A stretch of 64,000 bases of DNA from Prasinococcaceae sp. CCMP 1430 (GCA_013416795.1 RQSC01000007.1:200707-264706); one strand, 5' to 3'. Shown: positions 1-11,750, counted from the first letter of the stretch. The notes: generated by a model from the letters alone, not told the origin. Made by a program: numbers and translations.

Positions 1-2
1 GC

Positions 3-1268
3 CCGGATCATGATCATGTTGCCACCCAGCGGCAGGTTGGCAACGTCACCTCGCACCCATTGCACGATGGAACCGCGGAGGCGCTCCTTCTCATCCGGGG
101 TGAGGGGCCCGCGCTCCTCCTCGCCACCCTTGAGCAGCTTGACTTCCTCCTTCAAGTCCCTAATCTCGGTCTTGAGTCTCTGTATCACCAGTGTGGGGTC
201 GAGCTCCTCGTTGACCATGACCTCGTTGGAGATGCACGCCACGCGCGTGGCAAAGCGGCAGGTGCTGATGGACTCGTCGATGTTGCCTTCCCGTGCGCTC
301 ACGGTTGCAACCATGGCTGTGCGGCAGTTGCCGCCCAGGGAGTCGCGCAGCACGCTCGTCATCATCGAGTTGCGGTACGGAATGTGCGCGCGCGTCTTGC
401 CCTGGGAACGCTCCTGCAGCGCAACGATGACCGCCTGCAGATGGTGGAGGCTCATGTTGATATGCTTGGCCTCAGAGAGTGTCTGCCCTTCGACGCCCGT
501 CCGGCTGACCCTCTCCGAGCCCGCGAGGTCGACGAGGTGCAGCTTGGACCTCCTCACCGTCGCTTCGCCCGCCTTGCGCGCCTCGATGCTCACCGTGAAG
601 ATGCAGTGGGAGCGCGACGAGGCCATATTCATGGGCGTCTCGGAAATCATGCGATTGGTGTCGCCCATGAAGAGGAGGTTGAGGGCGTCCTCCTCGGTGG
701 ACGCGCGGTGGGCGCTGAGGTTGCGCAGGTGGAAGCGGCCGTCCTCGTCCTCCATCAGCGACACGCGGGGGAGGTCCTCCATGGAGGAGGTGTCCTGGGC
801 CGAGTCGAGCAGGTCATAGCCCTGATTTTGGTATATCTCGAGGTACGAGATGTGTATGGTGTACGTGGTGTCGCTCCTCTGCGCGAGCTCGGAGAAGATG
901 AAGCTGATGGTGCGCGGTATGAGGCCTCTGTCGGTGTACCTCTCTGGCCCGCCCGTGATGGTGAATGTCTTGCCCGAGCCGGTCTGACCGTATGCAAAGA
1001 CGCAGCCATTGATGCCGTCGAGCGCGCTCTCGATGACCTTGCGCGCGACGCGCTCGAAGACCTCCTCCTGCTTGGCCTGCATGCCCACGATGCCCGCGAA
1101 CTTGAATTTGTAGTTCTCGCGCGCGTTGTTCACGTAGCCAGAAAGCTGCGAGCGCGGAATGTTGAACTCAGCAGCGTTGTCGATCTCATCAATGCTGAGC
1201 TTGTCGGTCGGCTTCCCCGTCGGGCGCACGCGCAGGTAGATCTGGATGCCCTCCTTGCCTTGCGCCAT
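3..1268 (-). CDS. KIF6: Kinesin-9 family motor, KIF6-like; N-terminal motor domain, runs off the left edge of the window (partial)
   Basis: Read by hand from ATG 1268: MAQGKEGIQIYLRVRP...GYVNNARENYKFKF...FAYGQTGSGKTFTITGGPERYTDRGLIPR...LLFMGDTNRMISETPMNMASSRSHCIF. P-loop and switch I are present, and the NNxRExYKFKF / ERYxDRGxIPR segments are typical of KIF6. Absent from the ORF track because there is no stop inside the window. Confidence 0.92.
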   Translation of the reverse strand, partial: MAQGKEGIQIYLRVRPTGKPTDKLSIDEIDNAAEFNIPRSQLSGYVNNARENYKFKFAGIVGMQAKQEEVFERVARKVIESALDGINGCVFAYGQTGSGKTFTITGGPERYTDRGLIPRTISFIFSELAQRSDTTYTIHISYLEIYQNQGYDLLDSAQDTSSMEDLPRVSLMEDEDGRFHLRNLSAHRASTEEDALNLLFMGDTNRMISETPMNMASSRSHCIFTVSIEARKAGEATVRRSKLHLVDLAGSERVSRTGVEGQTLSEAKHINMSLHHLQAVIVALQERSQGKTRAHIPYRNSMMTSVLRDSLGGNCRTAMVATVSAREGNIDESISTCRFATRVACISNEVMVNEELDPTLVIQRLKTEIRDLKEEVKLLKGGEEERGPLTPDEKERLRGSIVQWVRGDVANLPLGGNMIMIR

Positions 1269-2924
1269 GGCGCGCGGCGCGCGCGTGCACCGCGCTCGTC
1301 CCGGTCCCGCGCGCGGCGGGCGCGGGCTCGCCGCATTCGCCAACGGGTGCCAACAGTCTCTCGAGCGGAGCTGCCTCGTCGATTCGCCGGCCGCGAGCGC
1401 TTTTTCGTCCCGGGCGCGATATGTGCGAACGCACGCGCCGCGCGAGGCGTCGGAAACTCTTTCGGAGGGTGGCGCCCCGCGCGTTGTGTTATCGCGGCGG
1501 GAGACGTTCGCGCGCGCGTTCCGCGGTTTGCGATGCGCGCGCGGGTGCGGAGGGATTCGATGGAAAAGCGCGCGTTTCTGGCCGGGAAAGCGTCGTTCCG
1601 TCTGATTTTCTCATGCGCATGCAGTATTATTATGCGCATTCGATGCGGTGTGTGATACGGTCGAGAGGAAGGGGAAAAAAAAAAACGGCGGGCGGCGCCC
1701 GCGTCTTCCCAGCCAGCCCGCCTCCCACCCGTCGCACCGCAGCCTCTTGCCGACCCCCTCGTGCCCACGCGCGACACGCACCGTGCGCGCTGTGCGCCCA
1801 GCCTCTCCCCTCCTCCTCCCCGCAACACACTCACACACACGTTGCACACGTGTTTTTCCCCCCCTGCTGCGCGCGCGGAAAATGGCAGCAGCCGGCGAGC
1901 GGCTCCCTGCCGGGCGGCCGCCGCCGCGCGCCCCCGCCTCCTGCCGTTGCACGCGCAGGGAAGGCGAGGACCTCGATCCAGATGCTCGAGTCGTTCCCTG
2001 TTCCAACACCCCTCTCCGCACCCACGCGCGCTCGCTCCTGCGGCGCGCACGCGGCGCGCGCCACACGCACGCCGTGTGCTGCCGCGTCGCGCGTCGTGGC
2101 GCGGAGCCGCCGCCGCTGCGCCTATTCCCCCCCCGCCACACAGGGACACCACTTTTTTCTTCTCTTTTTGGGGTGCGCCACACGTGCTATTTGATGTGGG
2201 CTGGAGGGAGCCGCGTCGGGGCACCGCCCGTTGCACTCGCACGCAATGGCATCGGTTTTGAAATCAGTCTCGAGGTCGTCCGCGATGGTTTTTGACCTCG
2301 AGCCGTTCCCCGAGCGCGCCGCGCGCGCCGCATCCGGCCGGGAGGTGCGCGGGCGGACGTTTCAAACGCCCCATCGGAGGGGGGCGTTCGACAACAACGA
2401 CCCCCCCTCCGAAGTGATTGGGGGCCCCGCTATCGAGGGTCTACAAAACCCGAATGCCGGTATGCCGGCCCGGCAGGCGCGGGCGCCGCGCCGCCTCGTG
2501 GGGGCGGGGCAGGGCGGAGCGGAGCGGAGGAGGGTGCACAGGCGGTCGACAGGCGGAACTGTCGCCGGTGGGATGGTCGCACGCGCAGTGAGGCGGCCGT
2601 GCTGATGCGCCACTCGCGCAAGCGTGCGCGCACGAGGCGCGCCGCTGAGCCGCAGGGCGCTTGTTTCGTCGGGCTCGCGACCGTCCGCTGGGCGCGGGGC
2701 GAGCGGGCCCTGCATCCGCTAACGCAAGGAGCGGTAGCGGGTGCGTGGGGTGACGGAGGCGCCCGCACATCGCAGCTGCGCCTCGGCGATCCGGGGCGAG
2801 CGCCCGTAGGGCGCACTGCACACGCAAGGCAGTGCGCAAGCCAAGAGCAGACGCACGACGACACCTCACGCGCACGCGCGCGTGCTCCTGGCTGGGCGTG
2901 GGCGTACGCACCTCCGTCGCCGCA

Positions 2925-5873
2925 ATGGAGCTCGACCTCAGGCGACATGACCTGATGCAGATGAGCAGCATGGGGCGCCATTGCATGCGCATCGCGCCAC
3001 CAGGCAAGAAGGCTACGCAGAAGATCGCCGCCGGGGACTCGACAGGCGTCGTGCACGTCTTCAGCATGAAGAAGTGGCAAGTCACCTCCACCTTCAGAGG
3101 CGTCCCCAACGGCACGCCGGTGTCTTGCCTCGCCTTTGGCCGCGGGAAGCAGGGTGAAGTCACCGACAAAATTTTCTACTCACAGGTGCGTTGCGCAGGC
3201 GGTCGCCCCGATGGCCAGCCCGCTCTCCCTCCTGTGCCTGCGCGTGCCCCTCTCCTTGCGAGGGCTGCGGGATGCTGACGATGCGCCCGCTCCGCCCGTC
3301 TGCGCCCGCGCATGCACCACCCTCGCAGGGCACCTTGCTGCGCGGCGTGACCAAAAAGGAAAGGCCTTTTTCCGCTTCGAAACCGGCTTGACCGAGCCCG
3401 TGACGCGATTCGCCGTGCACGCGCTCGACATTGACGCCTTGGCTTCGCACACATTAGCGCACTACAAAGAATGCAAAGACGGGTGGTCGTACACGTGCGA
3501 GGTGCGACAGCGAATGTGCGAATTCGTGCACCGCAATCGACTGCCCCTGGGACTGACGTGCACATGCAAACGGGCACGCCCCCGTGCCACGACCCCCAAC
3601 CCTCCGGCCCGCGCGGTCGCCCGCACTCTCGTTCGCAGGATCGCGTCGAGGATTTCCACTCGTTCTCGCTGGGCAGCGGCGATGCCACCACGCACCTAAC
3701 GGCACTCGCGTGCGCCGACAAGACCGTGCGCGTGTTGCGCCGCGATGACGAAGCGCAGCGTGACGCCGGGCGTGCGGAGAGCATCAGCGTGGGCATGCCT
3801 GTGAGTGCCATACAGTCGTACGTCGCCGACGCCCAGGCTGTGCGGGAGAAAGGGCACGCCGCGGATGGCGGTGGTGCGGCAGCGGGTGACAACGACGGGG
3901 GCACGTTATCCTCCGAAGCGGCGAGCGCCGCTATTGATGTCTTCTTGACAACCTCCGCAGCGAGCCGTCAGCTGCTCTACGGCACCGAAGGTGGGACCAT
4001 CGGGCAGCTGATGGTCGGCTCTCGCACGACCGAGCGTGGTTGGACACTCCCGAGTGCGGCCGGCGTGCCCATCGACATGTGCACAGGCTACGACCTCACA
4101 GCAGATGGTGTGCCAGACATCGTAGTCGGTAGGGACAACGGCGCGGTTGAGGTGTATGGGTTCGAGCTGGGCGCGGAACCTACACTCATGCTACAGAAGA
4201 GCGTCGGTGAGGGCGTCACCGCGGTTGATGCGGGGACGTGCACGGCGTCATCGTCCATGGACGCCGTGATCTCCACCTATTCTGGAAAGATCGTCGCCTT
4301 CGCGCCCGTCGGCGCGGCCGACGACTCCGCCGCTGACTTTGAAGACACCGTTGCCAACACACACAACGCAGCACGCCGCCTGAGCCTTTTCCGCAAATCC
4401 TCGCGGTTGGCAGACGGCGCGAGTGGCGGTGGCGCCGACGGTGGCAGTGCTCCCGAGGCCGACGCTGCGAGCACCTCCGTCGCTGCGTCGCGCAGGGCGT
4501 TTGTGGGCGGCGGCGGCAAAGGCATGAATGGCAGCAGCAAACGCGTGGCCGCAGGCGACGCGACCGTCTCAGTTGGCGAAGGCGCATCTGCGAGTGCGCG
4601 TATGCAATCGCTCGCGTTGAAAAGCGAGATAGCGACGCTCAAGAAGCGCGTGGCTGACAAGGAGGCCGTCTATGCCCAGCGTGGCGGCAAGGCCTTGGTG
4701 GGCCTAGGCGTGGGGCAGTTTCAAGTGAATGACCGCATGACAATGAACGACGACGCCACCTGCACGCTGGTAATCGAGACACCCATGCCCATGGCCGCAG
4801 TAGCGCTTAAGGCCGATGTTGACGTCACGCTCGTCGAAGACAAGACTCAGCAGGTGAGAGCTGCGCGAGCGAGCGGCGTGGCCGTTCTTTGCATCCATGC
4901 TCCGCTGCTGACAGTTGCGCACGTGTACGTGCGCGCGCAGGCAATCGTGTCGTGCACTCCGTGCGATGCTGGGAGCCCGAATCACTTGCTGGCGACCTTT
5001 CGCATGCAGGATGCGCAAAGCCGCCTGCACTTGCGCCTACGCGTTGCCGAGGGAAAGGGCGGCACAATCTCTGCGCACGTCATCCCCCGTAGGCCACCCA
5101 TGAACGGTGACATCTGCGTGTACAAGATCAAGCCACTCTGCCTGCACAGGCGTGCGCAGCACCTCGAGGCGGGGTTTGGTGACGCTGGTGAGAGCGGTGG
5201 TGGCGATGGCGACACCCCCCCCCTCCTATCGAGCGCGCCGCTCAACACCATGGTCGTGACAGGCAGCTTCAGCATGGCGCGGGTGCACGCATGGGTGACG
5301 GAGGTGGTTCCCGAGGTGCCCGAGCGTGTCCCGGCGACTGAGACCGAGAAGGAGCTGGTGTTCGTGCACGGGATGCTGGGTACGCACCTGGTGGTTCGCT
5401 ACGGCGCGGGGCGCGCGAGCTTTGCAAGTGAGAGCGCGAGTGCTATTGCGCTCGCACGCGAGTGTGTGACAAGCGCCGCCACGCGCGCCGGCGAGCTGGT
5501 TGACATCAGATTCAAGCTTGATCCTGCGTCGATCGGCGCATGCCTCGAGCTCGTCGAGCCGCGCCTCGCCCAGCAGGCGGCGCTCGCCACCCGGGTCAAT
5601 ATGCTCGAGGCGTTGCGTGAGCTCACGCTAGGCGAGGACAGCATCGCATATCTCGACGCGGACCACAAAGACTCGCTCGCCGCCGCTGAAGAGCTGCAGG
5701 CGCACCATGCGAATGCAGGCCACGTACTGCGCTTCCTCAAGGACATCGTGCGCCGCCTCAACGCAGACTGGAACGTGCTGCGAGGCACCAACCCGAAACA
5801 CCGCGCTTCCGAGGTGGACCGCGCGCTCGAGAGACTCGACTTTGGCGAGCTCAGGGCAGCCATGCTCCGGTAG
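2925..5873 (+). CDS. BBS7: Bardet-Biedl syndrome 7 (BBSome subunit) homolog; introns 3186-3328, 3502-3638, 4854-4940; apparent -1 frame discontinuity near 3358
   Basis: MELDLRRHDLMQ...QKIAAGDSTGVVHVFSMKK, FETGLTE, LACADKTVRVL, DIVVGRDNGAVEVY, STYSGKI, YKIKPLCLHRR and LEALREL are colinear with known BBS7. GT..AG intron ends were identified. Confidence 0.9.
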
Positions 5874-6139
5874 ACAAACGCGCACGCGCACAGGTTGTGA
5901 TCTTTGCCGTCCTTGGCACGCGCGCGTGCTTGCACACATAAGTGCCCGACCTGCGAGAATGAGGCCATGAGTGTGGCTCGCCGCGAGCGCCGGAGTAAAA
6001 CTCGATGCATGCGTGGGAAGACGTGCGAGCGTCTGGCTTGACGGACAGCACGCAGGTGATGACGAAGGCAACGGCGCGAGCAGAGCGTCCATTCTATCGT
6101 ACTGTACATTACAACAGCTTTCTGTGCCGCTCACACGTC

Positions 6140-7677
6140 TCACGTCTGACCCGCGCCTGCGCTACCCGTCGGGCCCGGGCTCGGGCTGTCACTCTCTGCA
6201 TCTGCTAGTGCCTTCTGCGCCGCCCGTCTCTGTTCCATCTGTTTCATCACTTGCTTGTAGTGCTCGTCCGCAACGTGCGTGTGCTCCAACGAAACAGCCA
6301 CGATGCCCTGAGTGTGCCGCGCGGCCAATACACAGTGACGAACGAACGGCAGCCGCGCGTGTCAGCGCATATAGCTTGGTCACGCGCACGCGAGGGCGCA
6401 CGCGTGCAGGTACATTGGCGGTCAAGCAGCTTTAAGCCCCTAGGACGGACCTTGTTCGTATCAACCATCTCAACTATGGCCATGCCCCCCTTTCGCCCGA
6501 GGTTGTTTTGGTCGAGTTCAATGTACGCCAGGCCTTCGTTCTTCTTGATGGCCTCGGCGAGCGCAAAGACACTCTCCGAAATGCCGTTGCAGCTAATGAC
6601 GAGCTCAGCGAGAGTCGCATTCACGCTCATCGCGTCGGCGACGGCCACACCGCCGCGATCACCGATGCCGTTCCAACCCAGGTCTAGGGTTGCTAGCTGA
6701 GAGTGCGCGAGCGCGTATGAGATACACGTCAGCCACGCAAGTCCCGGATGCACGCCCGATTTGCACGCGTCCTCACGCATGCGTGAGCGCGCATGCAACG
6801 CGCGTATCGATGCACGCGAGCGTGCGCTCACCTTCGCATTTCGTTTGAGACCCTCCATGAGCGCCGCGGTTCCCTTAGCTCGCAGCGAGTTCCACCCAAG
6901 GTTGAGCTCGAGCAGTTCCGCGTTTGCCTCGAGCATGTCTCCGAGCACGGTGCCAGCTTTCTCGCCGAATGCATTGTAGCTCAGGTCAAGGTACGTGAGG
7001 CTTCGGTTGGTGGCAGCCGCGGCGGCGAGCACGGCTGCCTCGCTGTCACCGAGCTTGTTTCCGCGCAGATGTAGCGTCGAAAGCACGCAGCTCGAGGTGG
7101 GCTGCAACATGCGCTCCAGTGCGCGGCAGCCACCGATGGCCACGCGGTTCTCACTCAAGTCAAGCTCCTCGACCGTGCGGCTCTCGCACAGCGCTGCTGC
7201 AAGAGCTTCGACACCTTCGGCGCCAATCGCGTTGTCGCCCAGGCGCAACGTGCGAACGCAGCGGTTGAGCCGCAGCCCTTCGGCCAGGGCCGCAGCCCCG
7301 CGGTATCCCAGCCCATAGTGCGTTACCTGCACCTCGTCTTGCTCCAAGTACTTCAGGATCTGCGACACAGGCACGATGCGCAGCTCCTCGCAGCGCTGCA
7401 GGTAAGCGAGCTTGCCGTGCTCGTCGCAGTCCTCCTGCAGGTCCTCCTCGCTGAGGTAGGCGTTGCCCATGCCATCGTCGCTCTCGTCCCCATGTGACGC
7501 GGGGCTGTCGTCGACCTCCAGAAACGATTTTAAGAGCGCGCGCCCCTCGGGACCGCGCGTCGTCGCAGGAGCAACGCCGCTGCCCGCCTTCGATTCATCA
7601 GCGCCGTTGGCGCCAGCGCCTCGGGCCAAATCGTTCTCGTCGTCGCTCAGCGACGGGGACGCGCTAGCAGCGGGCAT
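6140..7677 (-). CDS. Ribonuclease-inhibitor-type LRR protein, LRRC74-like; introns about 6830-6698 and 6450-6308
   Basis: Repeated LxLxxNxIG/LG units (LRLGDNAIG, LDLSENRV, LHLRGNKLG, LDLSYNAFG, LNLGWNSL). The N-terminal YLQRCEELRIVPVS...HYGLGYRGAAALA segment resembles LRRC74. The last exon corresponds to ORF 6140-6328. Confidence 0.72.
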
Positions 7678-8246
7678 CGCGACGGTGGACGCGCCCCGTG
7701 GCCCTTCGGCCTGTTGCCTGCCGCAACGGCAACTGGGGCCGCGCTCCTGTCAGCAACTGCGACCGCGGGCTCGTCGGCTCGCCCTCGCGCACGCCCCTGC
7801 GCGCTGCCCCGCGCCGCAGACGCGTATGTGGCGCCGCCGGTCCGACACCTCGCATCCCAGCTCTGCGCTTCCTCTTCTACCCTTCTCCTCTCCTCCCTCC
7901 CTCGCGTGAGCTCTTGTCACCTCGCGCTCCGGCCCGCTTCCGCCCCCCCCCCCTCCTCGGCCCGGCCGGCCGTCGGTTGCGCCTCGCGCGTTCCCCGACC
8001 GACGCCGTTTCCGGCGCCCCAATGTTTTCGAATCTTCGAAGATCTTCTGGGCGACAGGAGACCCCAAACATCGACCCTAAACACGGCGCTTGCTTGTGCG
8101 AATGACGAGCAGCGCGCGGTGCGTGCGTGCGCACGGCGGCTGGTCCGAAGGCCAGCGGCAGCGGCGGCGGCACAGCGCGCGCGGGGCGCGCGCGCCAGCG
8201 GCGGCAGGGATCGAGAGGCGACGGTGTTGCGCGCGCAGGAGGTGCG

Positions 8247-10208
8247 ATGGAGACCTTGTCGAGCGGCATGGGGCGGCCGGATGCCGACCCGCTGCCCATC
8301 GACGTGCAGCACTCGGCCATCGCCAAGTGGATCGTCGACCGGCGAAAGATGCCGGCCGACTGGCGCAAGCGCCTCGCGGTGCTGCAGGCCAAGGCGGCAG
8401 ACGCCGCCGAGCGCATGCCCGAGGGCGCTCGCACGCGTGCGGGAGTCGGGGCCAGGGGTTCAGACTCGGGCGCCGCCGCGACGTTCAACCTCGCGCGCGT
8501 CAAGCGCTGCCTCGAGGCGGTCGAGGCTGAGGAAGGGGGCGGCGCGGGCGGTGGCGTGCTGGGCGTGCTGGGGGTAGGCGGCCCTCGACGCGAGTGGGCC
8601 GCGCTCGTGCGCGCGTGGGAGAAGAACTGCCTGCACCTGGGCGAGGCAGCGACGGAGATCGTGGAGCTCGTCGACTACCAGGCTCCCTTCCACGAGAAAG
8701 AGCGTGACACGGCGCGCCAGGCGACCGCCGACGCCGACAGGCGCGAGGCAGAGATCGAGCGGCAGATGGCGGAGCACGAAGCACAGCTCGCGCGCGTGTG
8801 CAGGGAGCACAACATCGCAGGCAAGAGGCCGCGTGAGGAGCTGCTCGCGGGGCTCGCGAACAAGCTCGGGCCAGCACTCGCAGCGGGCGCGGATGCCGCG
8901 CGCAGCGATGCCGTCGGCGCAGCCATCGATCTCTATGAGCAATGGGTAGAGTGGGCGCACCGCGGCGCCGACGAGGGCGCCTCCGCGGCGAATGCGGACA
9001 CGCCTGTTGATGCCCCAGACGAGCTGCTGCCGGCACTGAGGGCTCTGCGTGCGGCAGAGACGCCACCAGACGGCAGGGAGCGCCCCGTAGACCTCACTCC
9101 TGACTACGTGCGAGCGCGCGGCAAAGCAGCGGGCGAAGCAGCCTCAGGGTGCGGCGGTGCAGGCGACGGCTCCCCACTCGCTGCTCTCGCTCCCGACGGT
9201 GCCATCGCACCAGCAGGTATCAACTGGGACGTGGACGTGAGTGAAAGTGGCGGTAATGGTGCCAGCGCGGGGGATGGCGCCCCCGTGGAGATCGACTGGG
9301 GGGTAGGTGACGTGACTCCCGCCGACGCCGACGCCCCGGAGGATGAGGGTGCGGCTGCTGTAGTCGACTGGGGGATATCGACGGATAGCGCCGGAGCTGG
9401 AGCGGATGGAGGCGGTGATGACGGCGGCACGGAAATCGACTGGGACATCACCGTCGACGCAAGTGCTGAGAGCACGGCGACAGGCGCGGCGGACGGCGCA
9501 GCGCCTCCCACGATCGACTGGGACATCGACGTGAGGGAGGGTGGCGTCGGTGCTGAAAGCTCGCACGGTGGCGCGGAGACAGGCGCGATGGATATGATGG
9601 CTGGCATGATGGCGGCACTCGATGTGGACGGTGGTTCCGAGGCCGGCAGCCGGGAAGCGCCAAGTGACCTCGTCGCACCAGTGTGGGAGCGGCTGCTGCA
9701 CAAGGACGGACGCGCAGCGGTGGTCAATGACCTGCTCGAGCTGGGCGCTTTTCTAAAGGTGCGGCAGGCGGAGATGAATGCCGCAAGTACGTCGAGCATC
9801 ATGGCGTCGTCTCTCCATAGCATGCCCGACGCGGTGCGCGATGCGACAGTGGGCTCGGTGGGCGCGCTGGCGGAAAAGGTCTGCGCGGCGACCGCAGCCC
9901 TCACTGCTGGCGACGTGCGCGACCTGCTGCTGCTGCACTCGTCGGAGCGCGCGCTGGGCCGTGTCGCGGATGCGATCGAGCGCAGACGTGCGCACGGAGC
10001 TCGCTTGCGCTCCACTCGCGAGGATGTTCGCGCGCGCCGGCAGCAGTCGCAGTCTTCAATGGCCGCGCACCACGCCAAGCTGTGCTCAATCGCCACGCGC
10101 GCCGCAGAGCTCAAGAGAAGCGTCGAGGCTGAGCTGTGTGCCATGTTCGCACCCACGCGGGTCAATGTGATCGGAAGCATCGCGTCAGTGGCAGCTTATG
10201 GGAGGTAA
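8247..10208 (+). CDS. CDK5RAP3: CDK5RAP3/C53 homolog (UFM1/ATG8-binding ER-phagy receptor), intronless
   Basis: LPIDVQHSAIAKWIVDRR N-terminus, EKNCLHLGEAA, VVNDLLELGAFLKVR, C-terminal ELCAMFAPTRVNVIG, and a central acidic disordered region with I/V-D/N-W-D/G motifs. Confidence 0.87.
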   Translation: METLSSGMGRPDADPLPIDVQHSAIAKWIVDRRKMPADWRKRLAVLQAKAADAAERMPEGARTRAGVGARGSDSGAAATFNLARVKRCLEAVEAEEGGGAGGGVLGVLGVGGPRREWAALVRAWEKNCLHLGEAATEIVELVDYQAPFHEKERDTARQATADADRREAEIERQMAEHEAQLARVCREHNIAGKRPREELLAGLANKLGPALAAGADAARSDAVGAAIDLYEQWVEWAHRGADEGASAANADTPVDAPDELLPALRALRAAETPPDGRERPVDLTPDYVRARGKAAGEAASGCGGAGDGSPLAALAPDGAIAPAGINWDVDVSESGGNGASAGDGAPVEIDWGVGDVTPADADAPEDEGAAAVVDWGISTDSAGAGADGGGDDGGTEIDWDITVDASAESTATGAADGAAPPTIDWDIDVREGGVGAESSHGGAETGAMDMMAGMMAALDVDGGSEAGSREAPSDLVAPVWERLLHKDGRAAVVNDLLELGAFLKVRQAEMNAASTSSIMASSLHSMPDAVRDATVGSVGALAEKVCAATAALTAGDVRDLLLLHSSERALGRVADAIERRRAHGARLRSTREDVRARRQQSQSSMAAHHAKLCSIATRAAELKRSVEAELCAMFAPTRVNVIGSIASVAAYGR

Positions 10209-10301
10209 ATGCATCGCCGTAGTGCCACTGCAATGTGAGCTGCGTGCCGTTCTTACAAAGGTGTGCTCTGCCATCCGCCTCCGAGAGCGCTTCCTGCGCA
10301 C

Positions 10302-11277
10302 TCAGTGGATGACCTTGCGCTCATCGCGATGGTGCAGCAACCTGGCCCCGTCCTTGTCCACGATCTTGTACACAAAGTTCGGCGGTGCCACCACCAGCCT
10401 GTTCCGCACCTGGTCCGCACACATATCCATGAGTCCGACGGCCTCATCAACCGTCATGTCTTCCCTGTAGTGCTTGTCCATGAGGGACAGGCAGAAGTTC
10501 GACGCGAAGCCGTGCGCGCCGAACTTTGTCTTGTGCATCGCTGCGAGGTAGTCGAAGTAATACAGCTCCGGGCCGACGCCCTCATCGCATCCGGCCATGA
10601 GGATGTTCACCGTGTATGGGCCCTGGTGCGTGAGGTAAGGACAACGGACGAGCGTAGGGCCGGGGGATGGGGGAAGGGGTGGGTGGGTGGCGCGAGCAGG
10701 AGACAGCGCGTCAGCAGCGGATCGCCGAGGCTATCAGATCGCGGAGGCCTGCTTGGATGGCGCGCAGTCTTGCGCCGTGGTGCGCGTGCGGGACGATCTG
10801 TGCACAGAGATCTGTAGTGGCCCTTGGCGCAGGATCTGCCGGCGCGCGCGCACCTTGCGCAGCGCAGTCGCGAGCTCGCCACGCAGAAAGTTCGCTGAGG
10901 CGCGCGTGCTGAGCTTGACTCCGTTGCGGAACTTGTAAAGCGCCATGTTCTTGGCGATGTACTCCGTGAAGTTCGCCCTGCGCGCCATGCGGCGCCGCCA
11001 CCGTGTCAGCGCCGGCATGCGCACACCGCTTCGCCCCAGCTGTGCAGCATACCCAGCGCGCGCGCCGCCGCCGCCGCGCCATGCATCGCCCGTCGGCTCC
11101 CTGCCCTCACCTGTCTCCTGTAACCCCCACGCACGCCAGCAGCTTGTTATCGTCCATCACGCTGATCTTGTCCTCATCGGTCTTCTGCACGATGATCGAG
11201 AACGTCTGCGTCTTGTCCGCAGCGAGGATGACAAAGTCCTTGAACTGCGCGCCGAACACGCACTCTGCTTGCGACAT
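10302..11277 (-). CDS. PSMB2: 20S proteasome subunit beta type-2 (beta4/PBD); introns 11110-10978 and about 10853-10624
   Basis: MSQAECVFGAQFKDFVILAADK...GDR|ANFTEYIAKNMALYKFRNG...ANFLRGELATALRK|GPYTVNILMAG...GAHGFASNFCLSLMDKHY. Confidence 0.92.
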
Positions 11278-11750
11278 GGCTGTCGCCGCTGCGCGCCGCG
11301 CGCCGCGGGCCTCCCTCCCCCCGGCAGCGCACCCGCCCGCGTCAAGTCTTACGCTCCCTCGCGCCTTCGCTTCGGGGCGTGCGTCGCTGGCAGCGCGCCG
11401 TGTGGTAGCAACCCCACTACCACCTGGTGCGCCCCGCGCGCGCGCGCGCTCACACGCGCGCGCCTGCGCACGGCACGGCGCGGCGCAAACCCAAACCCAC
11501 ACCATGCACCCGTCATGCCATTTTTGGATCGTTTACATCATCATACATTACGTTACAAACCCTTTTCCCAATGAACCTCTATCCACACGCAGCACATGAT
11601 GGCGGCGAATGCGTTGCGCGTACGGTTCTGCCGCGCGCGTTTGAAGCAGATCCCGGCCGCCCGGGGGGTTATGATTAGGGTAGGGTTAGGCTGGGCTGGT
11701 GCTGCATAGTACGAGTCACTCTGTACTGCGGTGGGGCCGCGGCAGTGCCA

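Noticed and set aside
1130-2960. Many Arg/Ala/Pro-rich ORFs in intergenic GC-rich DNA, here and at 13000-14200 and 49700-50700
   Set aside because: Stop codons are rare at this GC content. The ORFs often start at GTG/TTG and have no recognisable domains or codon bias.
6056-6150. GTGATGA...CTGA pair resembling a C/D snoRNA (also ATGATGA at 13195 and GTGATGA at 32160)
   Set aside because: No terminal stem or no D box at the right distance. The first overlaps the antisense 3' end of the LRR gene.
10790-10830. In-intron GPLQI reading frame in PSMB2 mimicking the start of exon 3
   Set aside because: Similarity ends after two residues. The true exon GPYTVNILMAG follows at about 10623.
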